Below are positions 49,301 through 64,000 of a stretch of DNA of 64,000 nt, piece by piece. Position 1 is the first letter of the stretch, and each line of letters begins with the position of its first letter. The translations under genes were made by a program, and so were the position numbers. Source of the stretch: a virus (Duplodnaviria > Heunggongvirae > Uroviricota > Caudoviricetes > Schitoviridae); the IMG/VR virus record IMGVR_UViG_3300028490_000001, positions 14,677 to 78,676 of that record. The stretch is one strand, 5' to 3'. A model generated the notes under the pieces. That model saw nothing but the letters and a program-made list of their open reading frames with translations. It was not told where the DNA came from and did not search any database.

Positions 49301-52300
49301 AAAAATATAAAGGAGAAGACATGGCAGGAGAAAAGAGTACCCTAATTAAGGTTGGAGAAACAGTAAAATTAACTGGTGTATCATCAGACAGTAAATACTA
49401 TGGATGGGCACCACAATTAGTTGGCAATCCCTATATTGTAACAGCCATCGACTACTCTTCATATGACAAAAAATGGGTAGATGCAATACTGAGTCCAATA
49501 AATGATTCAGAAATATCACAGTTTGGAAGAACCATAACCGTAGGAAAGTGTCTTCTGGAAAAATTAACTACAGAACTTCAGGTGATACAAAACCTTGACA
49601 TAAACTTTTCAAGAAAAGAACGAAAAATTAAACAAATAAATACTTTATTTTCAAAATTTCTAGAAACAGGAAAAGTAGCTACACATATACTTGTGGAAGC
49701 AAATGACCAAGAAAGCTGGAAAGAATTACATGAGCAAGGATATGATGTATTGTGGCAAAATCTACAAAATGTTAGTCCAAAATGGACTAAAATACAATCA
49801 AATTTCCCATTTGACCCAAAGAATACACTTATTATATTTAAGCACAGCAGAGCAGATATGACAAACTTTTTAAGATTTAGAAAAGACTACATGGAAGGTG
49901 GATATTAATGACAAAAGGACAAGCAAACTTAATGAATAGATTGATGCTAGCCCAAGCATATCTATGGATAAAACAAGTATCTGATAGTGGATTAGAGATG
50001 CCACCAATTGCATACAAAATAAGACTAGCTGGACACAATTCATTTCATATAAATAGATTTGATGATGCAGAAAGAGAACTTATACAGGGTATTGCAACAG
50101 ACGAGCGTATGGTAAAAATAGCCGAAAGACAAACATCTCCAATCATACAAGCACTACATCTCATGAAGATATGGGTAGAAGATATAGACAAAAAAGACAG
50201 ACCCAATATCTACATTGCTGATGCAAAACTGAAAACAGGGAAAATAGCATATATGAAAAGCATGCTAGCACTTAAAAAGAACAACCCAGAAGACCATGCA
50301 GAAAAAACATCTGTAATAAATGATAGCTGTAAAAGCACGGAGGAATGGTATAATATCTGTAAAGAAATTATTTTAACAAAGGATATTTAATGGACGAAAT
50401 ATTAACGCTTGTAATTCTAATCTTCCTACTAGAAGGAATGTTTAGAATATTGAAATCTACTTTTACTGATATAAAGAATAAGAAAGAACTCAAGCAAGCG
50501 AACATCGAACTTAACGAAGAGTTTGGACTATCAGATAAACAAAGTATAGCACCGCTGAAAAAGCAGTACCCAAGTATTGAAATTAAAGATTCAACCACCA
50601 GAACCACCTCAACAGGAGATAATGATGCTAAGTAATCAAGAATTATATGGAACAGATGACGTACCCAAGGTACCAGAAGACGTTTGTAATGAGAGAATAG
50701 CTCTATTACAAAACAGACTAAAAGAAGAAGCAGACAAACACTTCATGCTCCAAAGCAATGACATGCTGAATAAATTACAATCAGGAATTAAATTTTGGCA
50801 AAGGCTAAGAGACGGTGAAGAAGAACACTAATCAGGAGAAACAATGACAAAAGAAAACAAAGAAGAAACAAAATACATCATAGATAAAAAAACCATAACA
50901 GCAAAGACACTAAAACTTGCTCTTGCTAAATACATGAGCATATGGGGTTCATCAGGAGCAGCATATATTCCACAAAAAGGATAGAAGCATGGAAGAACAA
51001 GAAGAAAAAACAAAGAGAAAATGGAAGAGGATGGGCTTAAGTCCAGACGACCAGAAACCTACAGTCGAAGTACCAAAAAAAATAAATAGTAACGGATTAA
51101 ATACATACTTCCTCGAAAGAGGGGACCCTTTCAAGAATGGTTCATCAAGTGGAATGACTCCGTTTAACCAAACATAAGAAGGACTACAGCATGGATATTA
51201 CAAAAGAGGAAGAAGAGGGATACATGATTTCTCTTACATTTAAAAGAATATATGAAATTATGTTCATTAAAAAGTTTGATGAGATAAGTAGTGATGTAGA
51301 TAAAGATACAAGAACAAGAAGAGCCAACATATACGCAGTCAAAATTACACCTGTAGTGTGGAAAAGAAAGCTTGCTGGAAATCTTAAAAATTTATTTTCA
51401 CCTGAGCACTGGGACAACGTAGACAGAGAGGAGAAAATTATGAATAACAGTTCAGTAGAAGACCTTAGCGAGATGCAATCAGACGAACAGAGCAACGAAT
51501 CATATTATGAATTGGATGGTCTAAAAAATCAATTTATTGCTGAAGTCGTTGAGAGTATCAACCAGATAAGAGAACGAAGCAAAGGTGCATTCGGAGAATA
51601 TGACAGAATGTGGCTAATCGCACTTCAACAAATTATAGACTCAGAACCAGAGGGAGAAGCTCATCCTCAGTATCCTGGGCAATATAGAAAACACACCGTC
51701 AAGCCAGAAGCATCGCTTGATTCAGACTATGAACACGTAAATGAACCAACACATTATGACTGGTTTGGAGAGCAAGCTATAGATGTTATTGAGAAGCAAT
51801 TATCAACTGAAGCTTATCTTGGATTCCTAAAAGGAAATTCTCTAAAGTACAGAATAAGATTAGGCTCAAAGCCGAACCAACCTCTATATCAAGACTTCAA
51901 GAAAGCAAGATGGTATGAAAAGAGATATGACTTGTTTGTAAAACAAAACACACCAGAAGGATAAAAGATGCCATGTTACGACCCACGCCCTAACTATGAC
52001 CATGCAGAAAATGCACACCTGAGAGACGAATCAAGACAGAGGGAACTTTATGTTCGCCAACTTGAATCAATGCTTTGTGCAATGTGTAACGAGGTTATAA
52101 ACCTAGACACAACAGAAAAGAGAAAAGAAGAAATTCTAGACAGAGCAACAAGCAATGGAAAATCTTTAGATATTCATGCATGGTTTAAGCTGCATCTAGA
52201 GGCAGATGTCAAGAGGCTTGTTGTTACTGGAGTCAATAGAGATTCATCTATCCACGAAATTCTTCTATACAGAAGAATGGAAGAACTAAAAACAAAATAA

Positions 52301-55300
52301 AAACTATTTCGGTTTCACTTCTTAGAAAGGAAGTTGTGTAATTTTATAGGGTCACTACTTTAGTGACTTATCCCGATGTAGCTACTTAGGATATGAGCGG
52401 ATACGTTCATTCAACCAAAAAATATAAAACACAAAGGAGCCACTATGGCTATGGGAATCAAAGACGTTGCTAACGTACTGTTAGACGGAAATAAGGCAGC
52501 ATTCAAAGCGAATGCATCAAGAAGAGCAGGTTCAATGTTCAACGAAAGAGTTGCAGAAGCAATCACACCAAGACTACCTGCAATGGTAAGAATGAGTGGA
52601 GCAACTGAGCAACCTTGGTTTAAGTTTGTACTTGCAAATGCAGTAGCTGGAGCAATTATCAAATTTGGTTACACAAATGAGAAATTACTTCTTCTTGCAG
52701 ATGCAGGTGTAAATGCAGCAAATGATGACTTTCTTGGAAGCTTCGACTTCGAGGGGATGGTTAATGGCCTTATTGATGGCATTGACGTATCGGGTCTTAC
52801 TGAGGCAAGTGATTCAGTTAGAGAAACAGCGTCCGCAGGACTTAAAAAAGCTAGCGAAATGGTAGACCCTGACGCTAAAACAGCATAAAGGATAAATCAT
52901 GGCATCAATGGCAGATTTAGTAAAAAAAGCGGCAGCATCAGCTAACCCGACAACACCAGCACCAAGCGTTCAAGTAGCAGACACATCGTCTCTTACAGCG
53001 AACAGCTCAAGTGGTAGAGCATAGCGAAAGCATAATCTACTAAATAAAAGTAGTTAGACACAATGCATCGCAAGGTGCATTGTAATGTAACTACTAAAAA
53101 AAATAAGGACAATAAAATGCAAAAAGCAATACCGATTAACAATCTAATCTTTGAAAAAATAAAGTTTAGATATGACTTTTATAACGCAGATAGAGCAGTT
53201 GGAAACGCAGGTGGAGGAAAATTGTTGCTTGACACATTTTATCCATTCATTCTCGCAACACAAATATTAGGACACGCTCGAAATACAGCAGCAGGAAGAA
53301 CCAACGCTCCAGCAATAGCCAGAAGCACTGGAAATATGAGAACAGGATATGCAATCTCAGAGAGAATTTCTAATGAACTAGGATGTAAAAAACTACACAT
53401 ATCTGAACTCATTACAATGCTAGGATACACCAAAACTGATATCTCAAAACTACTACAACATGTGAAAAATAAATCTTTCAACTTGGTTCTTGTAGGTCTT
53501 GGTGGTACAGGCTCCAACTTCCTACACTGGACATACGAAATGTCTCAATGGGTAGGTAAAGATTTGATTTTCAATACTATGTTCTCATATGATGATGATG
53601 ACTTTGATATTCCAAACATGTTGAGAATACCATTTGAGCCTAACTTTGTTGGCGAACAAACATCATCAAAGAAGGTAGATTGTATTCCTCCGAAATTCAA
53701 ACAAATTGCAAACAACTTCAGACTTAAAGATATGAGACTTACTGCTTATGATGTAGACAATACAAGACTTGGTTCACACCAGACTACATTAATTTATGGT
53801 GCACCCGACATAGCAACAAGAAAATGGTTGTCTGATTCAGAATATACATTCATCGCTGCAACACACAGAGACTCTGAGTTCTCACTGGTAGAGAATCCTG
53901 CCGTAGACGACGAGTTAATGATGGAAACGTATGGAAAAATAAACGTATCCAAGTTTATGCTGAACCACCTAACTATGACTATTAAATTCCTGGAGCACCT
54001 AAGAGACAGAGACAGAGTACTCGGGGGTTCAACTGAGACACAAATATTGAGAGAAGATTTTGATACTCTATATGCTAACCAGCTAGCTTTTGGCTTCAAA
54101 GCTGGGGCAAAAAGACTATCAATCCATAGCTCTAACGACACACAAAACATAGACTTACCAGAGGAGAACGGAAATGAGTAATATGCTTAGCTTAAAACCA
54201 ACACCTATGCAAAAAATATATGAAAATACATGTCTTGAATTAGTAAGAGAACTAAGTAAAGACCTTGTTAAAGATGTGCCTACTGCAGATTCATTTACAT
54301 CAGTAAATGGATTAGGTAATGCCGTTGAAGAAATAAATTTCACAGACGCAACACAGACTCTTATGTCTAAATATCATAACCCTTATATGCACAGAAATAA
54401 AGATGGAAGCTTTAGAGCATGGGCAATGTTTAGAGATTTTTTCGACATAACAAAAGTAGGTGACGCAAACCTATCAATAAATCAAGCGAAAGAAATGCTT
54501 GCTGGAATCTATAAGGAATCAAAAGATTCACTATATGGTGTACTTCTCATGGATGCAAAGAGAGGAAAAAAGAAACAAATAGTAAATCTTCTTCATCCTG
54601 TAGTTGTGCACAACCTAAACCAGGAAGAATTAGATTTCAAATTAGATGAACAAATATGGACAATGGCTATTTACTCATTTAAAGATAATAAAAAAGATGT
54701 ACTCAAGGCTGATTTCCCACAAATATATGACAAAGAAAACTATACACTTGAAATTGCAAACATACTTGCATCTATTGATATTCCATCACTGTACTACACG
54801 GAGAATAAAGATTTTGAAGTCGACATCATAGATGATATGTTTGTGCTCAAGTATCAAGAGATAAAAACATTAAAAGAGTCTGGTGAAGTACTGAAAGATT
54901 CAAAAGGTGGAAGAAGCTATATTGTTCCTTGTCAAGTAATAAATGTTGGAGGAGTAGCGTTCCCATACTATGGAAGTATCTACTCAACCAAAGGTCTAGC
55001 ATGGAACATTACACCACTAATGTCAGCAAACATCTCTCATCCTGAAGGACAAAGCACAAATAAGGGAATGAATGGTGGTTCTAGAATCTGTACTCACAGT
55101 GGAAACAGTAAAACAAGAGCAGGGGTATCGTCACTGAACCACTGTAATATTACATCTCCTCTAAACAGTGACTGTATGGCTCCAGGCTCAATGAGCTACT
55201 CTGAAGCTTGTATAACTGCTTCCGTAGAGTTACTACTAGGAGAAGAGTTCGAGTCAGCAGCAAACAAAGCAGACAAGGCATTAACGTTTCAGGAATTTGT

Positions 55301-58300
55301 GGAGACGAATGACGGGGCTAGTAAAAAGCAATACCTAAAGTACATCAAAGATAGAATCGCACACAAAATGAATGAAGCAGAGGCTCCAGAACCAGAAGAA
55401 GTACCGATGGAAGAAAGATTTCCTGAAGTATACGATACATCAAAATGGACAAACTATGATGAGAATCAATTAAGAGGATACCTTAATGGTGACGTCACCT
55501 ATGTAGGAGATTTCGAAGAGCCAAAGATATGGATTGATTCAGTATGGCGTAACTTAAATTCGAAAAAAGCACTTGAATGGTTAGAGAACAGAGAAGAAAA
55601 TGAAAGAATAGAAGTTGACAATCCCGTACCTCCTGTTCCTAATGTACTAACAACAAATTCACCAACAGAATTAGCTGAAATGACGGAAGAAGACTTTCAG
55701 GATGCTATTGATGGATTAATTGGAGACGCAGATGCAGAACCAACACAACCTGACGGAGAAAGATAATGAATAAAAAAATACAGAAACCAGCAGTAATAGT
55801 AGAAAGAATAACAGACGGAGTAGACACTAACAACTTTGGTGTAATGTTTCACTCAACAAAATCAATTGAATCATTTCAGCAACGCTCAGGCATGTCTGGT
55901 GCATACACTACTGAATATCAACATCATTATATTGCATTGATTGCAAGACTTAATGCTGGTGCACAAACACTAGACCTATGTATCCCACTTTGTATGTTTA
56001 ATTATCATCAAGAGGTAGCAGGAGCATCCGTAGAGTTTAATCTTGCTGAAGTATCAACTGCAAATGCTGATGCTCAAGAATTAGCTATGAAGAAATTTAA
56101 AGAGTTCGAACAGACTGAAATGTACAAGACAATACTTTCTATGGGCTTTACTGAATTCATCATAGAAGGAATGCATTCAATACATGCTCACCCAAATGGT
56201 ATAAATAGATTCTCAGGGACAGACCTCAGAGAAAATATAAACCATCCTGGAGTAAACTTTCCATTAAATACTGGGACCAATGTTGCAAACTTTGCATCAA
56301 TCATCCAGCATAAAGAAGGCTTTGCTCAAATCATTCACACAGAATACAGAATGTTTAACGGCGTAGAGCTTGGAGAAAGAGAATATAAGAAGGGCAGAAC
56401 ATTATCAGTAGTTAGAGGATACGATGTGCCAGAGCCTGAACCTTACGTGATTCCTGAACCTGGACTCATTGATGCACTATTTGGAACAAAGCCTGTAGCC
56501 CCACCAAAGCCTCTACCTGAAAAGAAGAGAGCAAACTACTGTCTACGCGATGGATTCATCGGAGCAGAAGAAGCGACAATCTCTAAGCTAGAAAAAGAAA
56601 TGATGGACATGTGGGTTAATTGTCCTTTCGAAATAGACACAAGTCTCGTACTTAAAACAAATGTACTTAAGGGGAGAGGACGTCTACTTGCACCTGTTAC
56701 AAAATTTAAAAATGAGCAGGTAAATGGCAAGGGAAAAAAGAAAGCCGAAGAGATAAACGCAGGACTCTTCGGCACTTGGGGAAAAACAGATGGTAAAACT
56801 GAACCATCGTTCAATCAGAAAAAAGAGTTTTTAAAAACAAGAGGTTTCACTGAAAAAGATTTCCTGGTTCTAAGAATCGAAGAAGTGTGTGATGAATATA
56901 CTTATGAAATTCATGCAAAAGAACAGGAAGAACAGGCTGGTACAGAACCAACACTTAATAGTATGAAACAATATCTTGTAGATAGTGAAGCATTTACATG
57001 GCTAGATTTCCAAAATATTGAAGATGAAGAGATTAAAAATTTCTACTGGCTTGAAAGACTCGATGAAATCGAAGATGAACAGGCAGGTATCGAATACGAA
57101 GAAGCAGAAACAAGCCAAGAAGATATGATTTCATATTTAATAAACACAGGGTTCACAGTATTCGAACTTAAAAATATGGATGAATCTGAAATTAAAGAAG
57201 CATATGAATTAAATTTTAGATTCGAAATGGAAATAGAAACTCAACTTCCAGCTACAGAAAAAGAAGAAACAATTGAGTTACCCTCTGAGGCAAAAATGAA
57301 AGAATACTTATGTAACATAGGTATGTCCGAAGCAAGAGTAAACAGTATGTATCCGGATGTATTACTAGATACATACCTAATAAACAGAAGTAAAGCCGGA
57401 CTTGAACCAAGTGATGATGAACAAGACAATCACTTCTCTAGAGCTCAAATGGAAAACCTCCTTGTAGGAGATAATATAGTTTCAGATGCAAAACTTAAAA
57501 CATTAAGTAATGAAAAAGTATTGTTAATGTTCAATGACGTATACGAATTAACAGACGAGGATTATAAGAATGCCTAATTTAGAACAAGAGACACAAGAGA
57601 CAAAATTCAACTTAAAAAGAGAGATAATAGCTGGAACACAATATGTATCTGGATATGAAAATACAGAAGACAAATATGTAATTTCTGCATCAATGGTCGG
57701 AAACGACCCTTTGCAAAACTACTTAACAATCATACATGGAAAACAAGTAGATGTAGAAATATCTGATGCAACGCTTGGGACAATATTTCATTTAGGTATG
57801 GAAGAATTGATGGTTAGAAGAGTAAGAGAGGCGAATTCCCCTGTAATTGGTGTTGAAAAATCAATGCACATGGAATTACCTAATGGATGGATAATGTCAG
57901 GTACTGCAGACTTAGTTACTAAACAAGATGCAGCTACACTAAACATTCACGATTATAAACTTACAAAAACCTACGCACTAAAAATGCTTAAGTCATCTCT
58001 TTCATCTCATAATTATTCAAAACAAATGAGAGTATTAAAAACATTATTGAAGAATGAAGTTGATAATTCAGTAATAAAAAAATATAAAAATATAAATATG
58101 AAAATAGAAATATTTGTAAAAGACAGCAAGGCTGTAAATTTTGAGCCTGTTCTTACAACGGTTGATGTACCAAACGCAAATGGAGCAGATGATGCAGCAG
58201 CATCAGAAGTATTAATCGCAGAAGTAGTTCAAATTACAGACTCGCTACAGTCATATATTGAAGGTGGAACAATTCCTCCAATCTGTGAAGACAGATGGCC

Positions 58301-61300
58301 TAGAAAAGTAAAAGACAAAGTAATACCTACAAGATGTGCATTTTACTGTTCACATGGTAAAGCCGGATTGTGTCCACACTATAATCCATCAACAAGACAA
58401 GAAGCTACTAGATTAGCAAACTGGTAAAGAAATTATGACACTATTTGAAGCATTTATGTCAGACTATAGAACACAAAAAAAGACATATATATTCATAAAA
58501 TCACTTGATGTGTCAGAACCACATCGAGTACGAATATATAATATGGCAAAACTTCGTGGGGTAAAGTCTGTTTCTGCATTCAAAAATAGAATAGTGATAA
58601 TGGATAAAATAGACAATAGGAATATTGAACTATTTATGGATAAAAAACTTATTGGATTAGATAGACTCTTTTGGGTATTGTCAGGATTCACAATTGCACA
58701 GCAAATAAGATACCATGACATAATAAAAAGAACTCAAGAAAAAGTAGAACTAGGCGAGCCAATTGGAGTTAAGACAGAACAAGCGAAAAGATACTGGAGT
58801 CAAAATTATCTTATTGGCAGAAATCTATCCGTAGAACAAATGGCTGCAGCAAATATGGATTATAATCCAGACAACCCATATTACGATAACATATAAAGGA
58901 AAACACTATGAATAAATATATCAATTATGCACTTTCAATTGCATTGGCATCATTTTTTACAGATAAAATTATGAAATTTTTAAATAAAGAAGACAAGTAA
59001 AATGGAAAATAATCTAACAATAGCAGAAGGAATGATTAGAGTAGCAGAAATTCAGGCACAGTCTACAAGCGACATAGTAACAGCAGTAGTTGTTGTCTTA
59101 GATATAGGCTTATTCCTTTTTACGGCATAATGCAGCATGAACATATCTGACATACATTCAATAGAACTTGACCGCTCCAAACCATTTAATCATATGATTC
59201 TATTTAAAGACTCAAATGATAAAATTATAGATAAAATAAAAGTAAAAGAATCTGCAGGATTTGAACAATTTAAGGTAGTTTACGAAGCATGGTGTAATCA
59301 CCCAGACTTCTCACCCGAACCACCGACTGTTGACGACCTGTACAAAAAAAGGAACTAGTATGGAAAGAGTAGGACTAGAAGCTGTCTACCTTGGAGAGCT
59401 ATGTGATAAATGCAATAGAAAACATGGAGAATCAACAACTCTAAATATCGAAGGACATATTCATCACAAGCTTGGTTTTGTATGTATGGATAACAAATCA
59501 TGCAGAAGAGCACAAAGAAGGATTAAAAAATGAAACTACATAAGTTAAGAGAATATCAATCTGAAGCAGTAGTACAAATAGAAGGCGCGATTGTATTTGG
59601 AGCAAAAGAAATATCGCTGAATGGACCAACCTCATTCGGTAAGACAATTACAATGGCTCAATTTATTAAAACACAAGTTGACGAAGGAAAATCTGTTGTG
59701 TTCATGATGAACCTTACAGACCTAGTTAAACAAACCATGGAGACTCTAAAGGCAATGAATGTAGACTTTAGAGTAGTCGCTGCAGAATTTGATGGCTATG
59801 AATTTAATCATCAATCAAAAGTAACAATTGCTATGCAACAAACATTATTTGCAAGACTCAATAAAGTAGATATAGATTGTGATGTACTAGTAATTGATGA
59901 ATTTCATAGAAGTTTTCGCACAGAAACAATGGAAGCAGTGAAGGCAAAATTAAATCCTGATGTTGTAGTTGGAATCTCCGGAACCAACTACGATGAAAAG
60001 GGATACGCACTTCCTAATGTAGAAATAATCGAAACAAAAACTATATCAGAATTAACAAAAGAAAAATACCTTACGCCATTGAAGACGCTGAGTGTCACAT
60101 TTGCAGAAGATATGGACTACTCAGAATCAGGTTCTGGAGAATACTCAGAAAACTTCCTAAATAGTGTAATAAATAATCACGAATATAATTCAAAAGTAGT
60201 ATCTGCTTGGTATTCAGTAGCAAAGAACATGAAGACAATTGTGTTCTCTACTGGTATAGACCATTCAGAGGCTCTAGCTGCCGAATTTAGAGCGATTGGA
60301 ATAGAAGCCGAAGCTTATCATAGCAAGCTAACTAAAGTTCAATCTAGAGCAGTTATGGATAGATTTAAAAAGAACAAACTACAAGTGATGGTTTCTGTCA
60401 ATAAAGTACTTGTTGGATTCGATGACCCATCAATTGAGTGTGGTGTAGCATGTAGACCAACAAAGACAAGAAGAGTATGGCAACAAGCATGTGGAAGAAT
60501 GATTAGACTCTTTGAGGGGAAAAAGAACGCTATTCTACTTGACTGTGCACAATGGACTGCAGAACACGGGTTCTATGATGAAAATTACCATCCTCCGGAA
60601 TTAAATGATAAAGAAGCATTGAAAAAAGAAAAAGCAAGACTAGAAGTAAAAGTAATGAAATTGATAGCAGGGGAGAAACCTACTGAAGTTACAAGAAAGA
60701 TAGTTGATTACAAAATAGAAGAACTAGACAAAAAGAAAGCAAGAATACCTGAGCTTTCAGTAAAAGACCTTCTTGCAATATACGAGACATCACAGAGACC
60801 ACTGGAGATACTAAGAGTTGCATTCGAAATGAATAGAAGAAAGGTTGGTACAACATATACTAAGCCAAACGTTCAGTTTATCTCAAAAGAATGGGACTAT
60901 ATGATTAGTGAATATCCACAATTCAAAACTAGATTATTAAAAACTCTAAGAACAATGGCTAAAAATAAAGTATCTCAAGGAAAAAAACTTGCAGCACTTC
61001 ACTATACACCAGCATGGTTACGAGAGCAGGTTCCGTATCTAATAGATAACCCAAAAATTGTAAACTATGACTTTGACATAGAAGATGATGATATACCATT
61101 TTAAAGGAAAAACAGATGATTACCGATAAGGAATTAGCACAAAGAATAAATTTTTACCGACATTCATATCACGAATTGTCAGCAATACATGGAGTCTCAC
61201 CATCTTATTCAGAGATGGTAATGTATGTTGCACTAATGCTAAAAGAAGACCCCATAGAACTCTCAATAAAATTACTAGAATTATCTCAAGAAGATAGAAA

Positions 61301-64000
61301 GCAGGAAAGATATGCGCAACACCTTGACGCTATCGGAGAAACAGTGGGACCGGTTCCTTTCTGATTATGAAGAAGCAGTAAAAGAAAACAAAACTACATT
61401 TATGTTTCTAGATTCAGAAATACTAGTAGCATATGCAAAATACTTAATAGAATGGAAGGAACAATCAGATGAAACTAGGCACACTGACTATAGGGACGTG
61501 GTTCATGTACAAAAAGGCATGGTACAAGATAGTGACAACATCAAAAAATAACATAGGTGCAACACAAATAGGTGCACAAAAGGTACACATATTTAGTGTG
61601 GACACAGAAGTTCACACACAATAATGTGGTGGCATCAGGACTGAATGTAATATTTTAGTACTCAATCTTTCTTAGTGGGTTATATTGACGAAAAATAAAC
61701 AGATACTGTATAAGTCCACCCAGCGTTTATACCGCGCTGAGAATAAAGAATCTTTTCTTAGACGATTTTATATCTTTGTTCTACTATCCTTTCATGAACC
61801 GCTGTCTTTTAATGCATTTTTTGGCAGCGGGGATTATATTGAAAACTTAATTTAATCTTAAGAGGCATTGAACCAATATACTAGCTTCCATACACCCTTT
61901 ATTTAAAAAAAAAGAAATAGAATAGTATAGAAGAGTGTAGAAGGTCACCTAAACTAGCTAGGAATGGCCATTCCTTGATGTTAAGTTTGGTAAAAGAACC
62001 AACAATGTATAATTCTACTGTAACTTTAGAAGGTGTCCAGCCTATAATGTTCACACCACTCGGTGTGGATATCTTCTAAGGTTTCAAAGGAAAGTAATCT
62101 GGACACCTACAATCCAACACCTTAAATAACATTGTTCCGAAAGACATTATGAAGAAAAAGCTTAAGCCTATAATTCTCTCACAAATCCTATCTCAAGGTT
62201 TTGATAAACAGAAAATAAACAGCTATTCGTTGAATAGAAAAGGTAATGGAATATATCAAATGATTATATTCTTTGGTGGCAAAAAAACCGCAAGCGGAGA
62301 TAAGAGATATCCCGACCTACCAATAGGTAAGGATAAAGAAGTTGCTTTTGCAGTAATGGAAATAATAGATGATATTATGACAGAAAATGAAACAGTAGAC
62401 ATAACAAGAGGAGTCCTAATGACAGACAAGAAAGATTCAGAATGGTAGAAGAAGAACCAAGATTAGAAGATGAGATATTCAACTATATAAACGCACGCTC
62501 TGACCGAACATTAGACCCACACATGGTGAATACACTGATATATTGGTTTCTATCTGTAGTAGTTAATAAGAAAAAAAGAAAAATGGTAATTGGTCATAAT
62601 GACATGTTATTGAATTACTATGGCCTAGTGTTTGCAAAATCAAACTCAGGTAAATCATACATACTTAGTTTGATACTAAAGATGTTTGATGATAAAAATT
62701 ATGAAGCAATGCTTGTATCACTATTCGAACAGAGAACAGGAGATTTGCCGACAGGAGACAAAATTGATACAGCACTACAAAGAAAGTTCATTAAAGCTTT
62801 TCCTCCTATCAAGAAAGATTCAACGACACAGGCGATACATAAGGCAGCTGAAGCTATCGGGACGGCAGCACATACAAACGGAAGCTTTAATATCTATTCA
62901 GATGAATTTTTTGCGAACGCTAGCGAGCCAATACTCGACATGTTGGTGGAAGGTCACGATGGGATATATAAAGCCCCAATGATTAAGGGTAAAAAAGATG
63001 AAGAGTTTTTAGAATACCATGATATTAGTGGATTAACAACAAACGTCTTAGGACTATCATCTGTCGCTGCAATAATGAAAGACCAAAAGAAACTATCGAC
63101 ATTCATAGGTGAAATGGAAAGAGCTTGGTTTAAAAGAAGCTTTATTTATTTCAATGATGCATTTACTCCAAAAGCTAGAAGTCAAAGTGAAATAACATTA
63201 CCAGAACTCAGTGCAGAACTAAAACATCTACTAGACATGACGAGGGACGCAGTAGGTGAATGTCCAGAAGAAATAGTACTAAGTGAAGAAGTAATGGAAT
63301 TATTTGACGAAAAGAGAAAGGAATACATAAATGGAACCAATACTTCAAGATTTGCAGGACTGCTTGACATATATAAGACCGCTAAACTCGCAGGAATACT
63401 TGCAGCTTCAAACTTCAGGGCAACAGTTAGTACGACAGACTGGAAGCGGGCAGTGGCATTTGATGCCGTCTCATTTAAACATTCAGAAGACTTCTGCTCC
63501 CTTGAGCACCCACATATCAGAGTCTTTGCAGAAATTAGCAAAGGTGCACAGAACGAACATGAGCTTGTCGAGAGCGGAATCATGCCTGCAGCCAAAAACA
63601 AAAGAACAGACATTATCGAACTCGTCAACCAGCTTGCATACAGAAGAAACAAAAGATTTGTTATCGCAGGTGAGAAGGTCCGTAAATTTTCCATCACAGA
63701 CCTTGAGATTAACAATCTAGACAAAATGATACTATCTACCTCATCGAAGGTATCTACAAAACCAGAAATGGAAATAGACTTCCGCTCACAGGAGGTTCCA
63801 TTCTTTGGTGGAGATATGAGCGTTGAGGGACTATTAAAGTCCAAGGTGCAGTCTTTCTGTCTTAACCACTTCGAAGCCACTGATAAGGCTCCCAATGGGC
63901 ATAGGAAGAAAGAATATGTAATACCCGGACAGAATATGATTGCATTTGATATTGATGAAGGTATGACTATCGAAGAAATGGTAGCAATACTAGAACCATA

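Overview
The window looks like most of an N4-like (Schitoviridae-type) podophage genome, AT-rich and with no host genes. Bases 1-33113 carry a minus-strand late module in N4 gene order: large terminase, tail and fibre genes, a lysis cassette, portal, scaffold-like protein and major capsid. These are followed by large internal virion proteins. The module ends in the N-terminal 607 aa of a virion-type T7-like RNA polymerase, which runs off the left edge. Bases 33497-64000 carry plus-strand early and middle genes. These include many small ORFs, a 707-aa single-chain T7-like RNA polymerase, an SF2 helicase, a Cas4/RecB-like nuclease and a P-loop protein truncated at the right edge. Three things stand out. 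First, two adjacent circularly permuted tRNA-like genes lie at 49006-49254; each has its T arm, 3' acceptor strand and CCA upstream of its own 5' half. Second, they sit among unusually long, GC-enriched, hairpin-dense non-coding blocks (44647-46096 and 48568-49320) that also hold non-canonical tRNAs. Third, a translationally coupled operon encodes a ThiF/E1-like adenylyltransferase, a 530-aa protein with an HP...C motif, a JAB/MPN+ metalloprotease and a nuclease (53117-58427). All calls come from reading the sequence and the ORF track by eye. No database or folding software was used.
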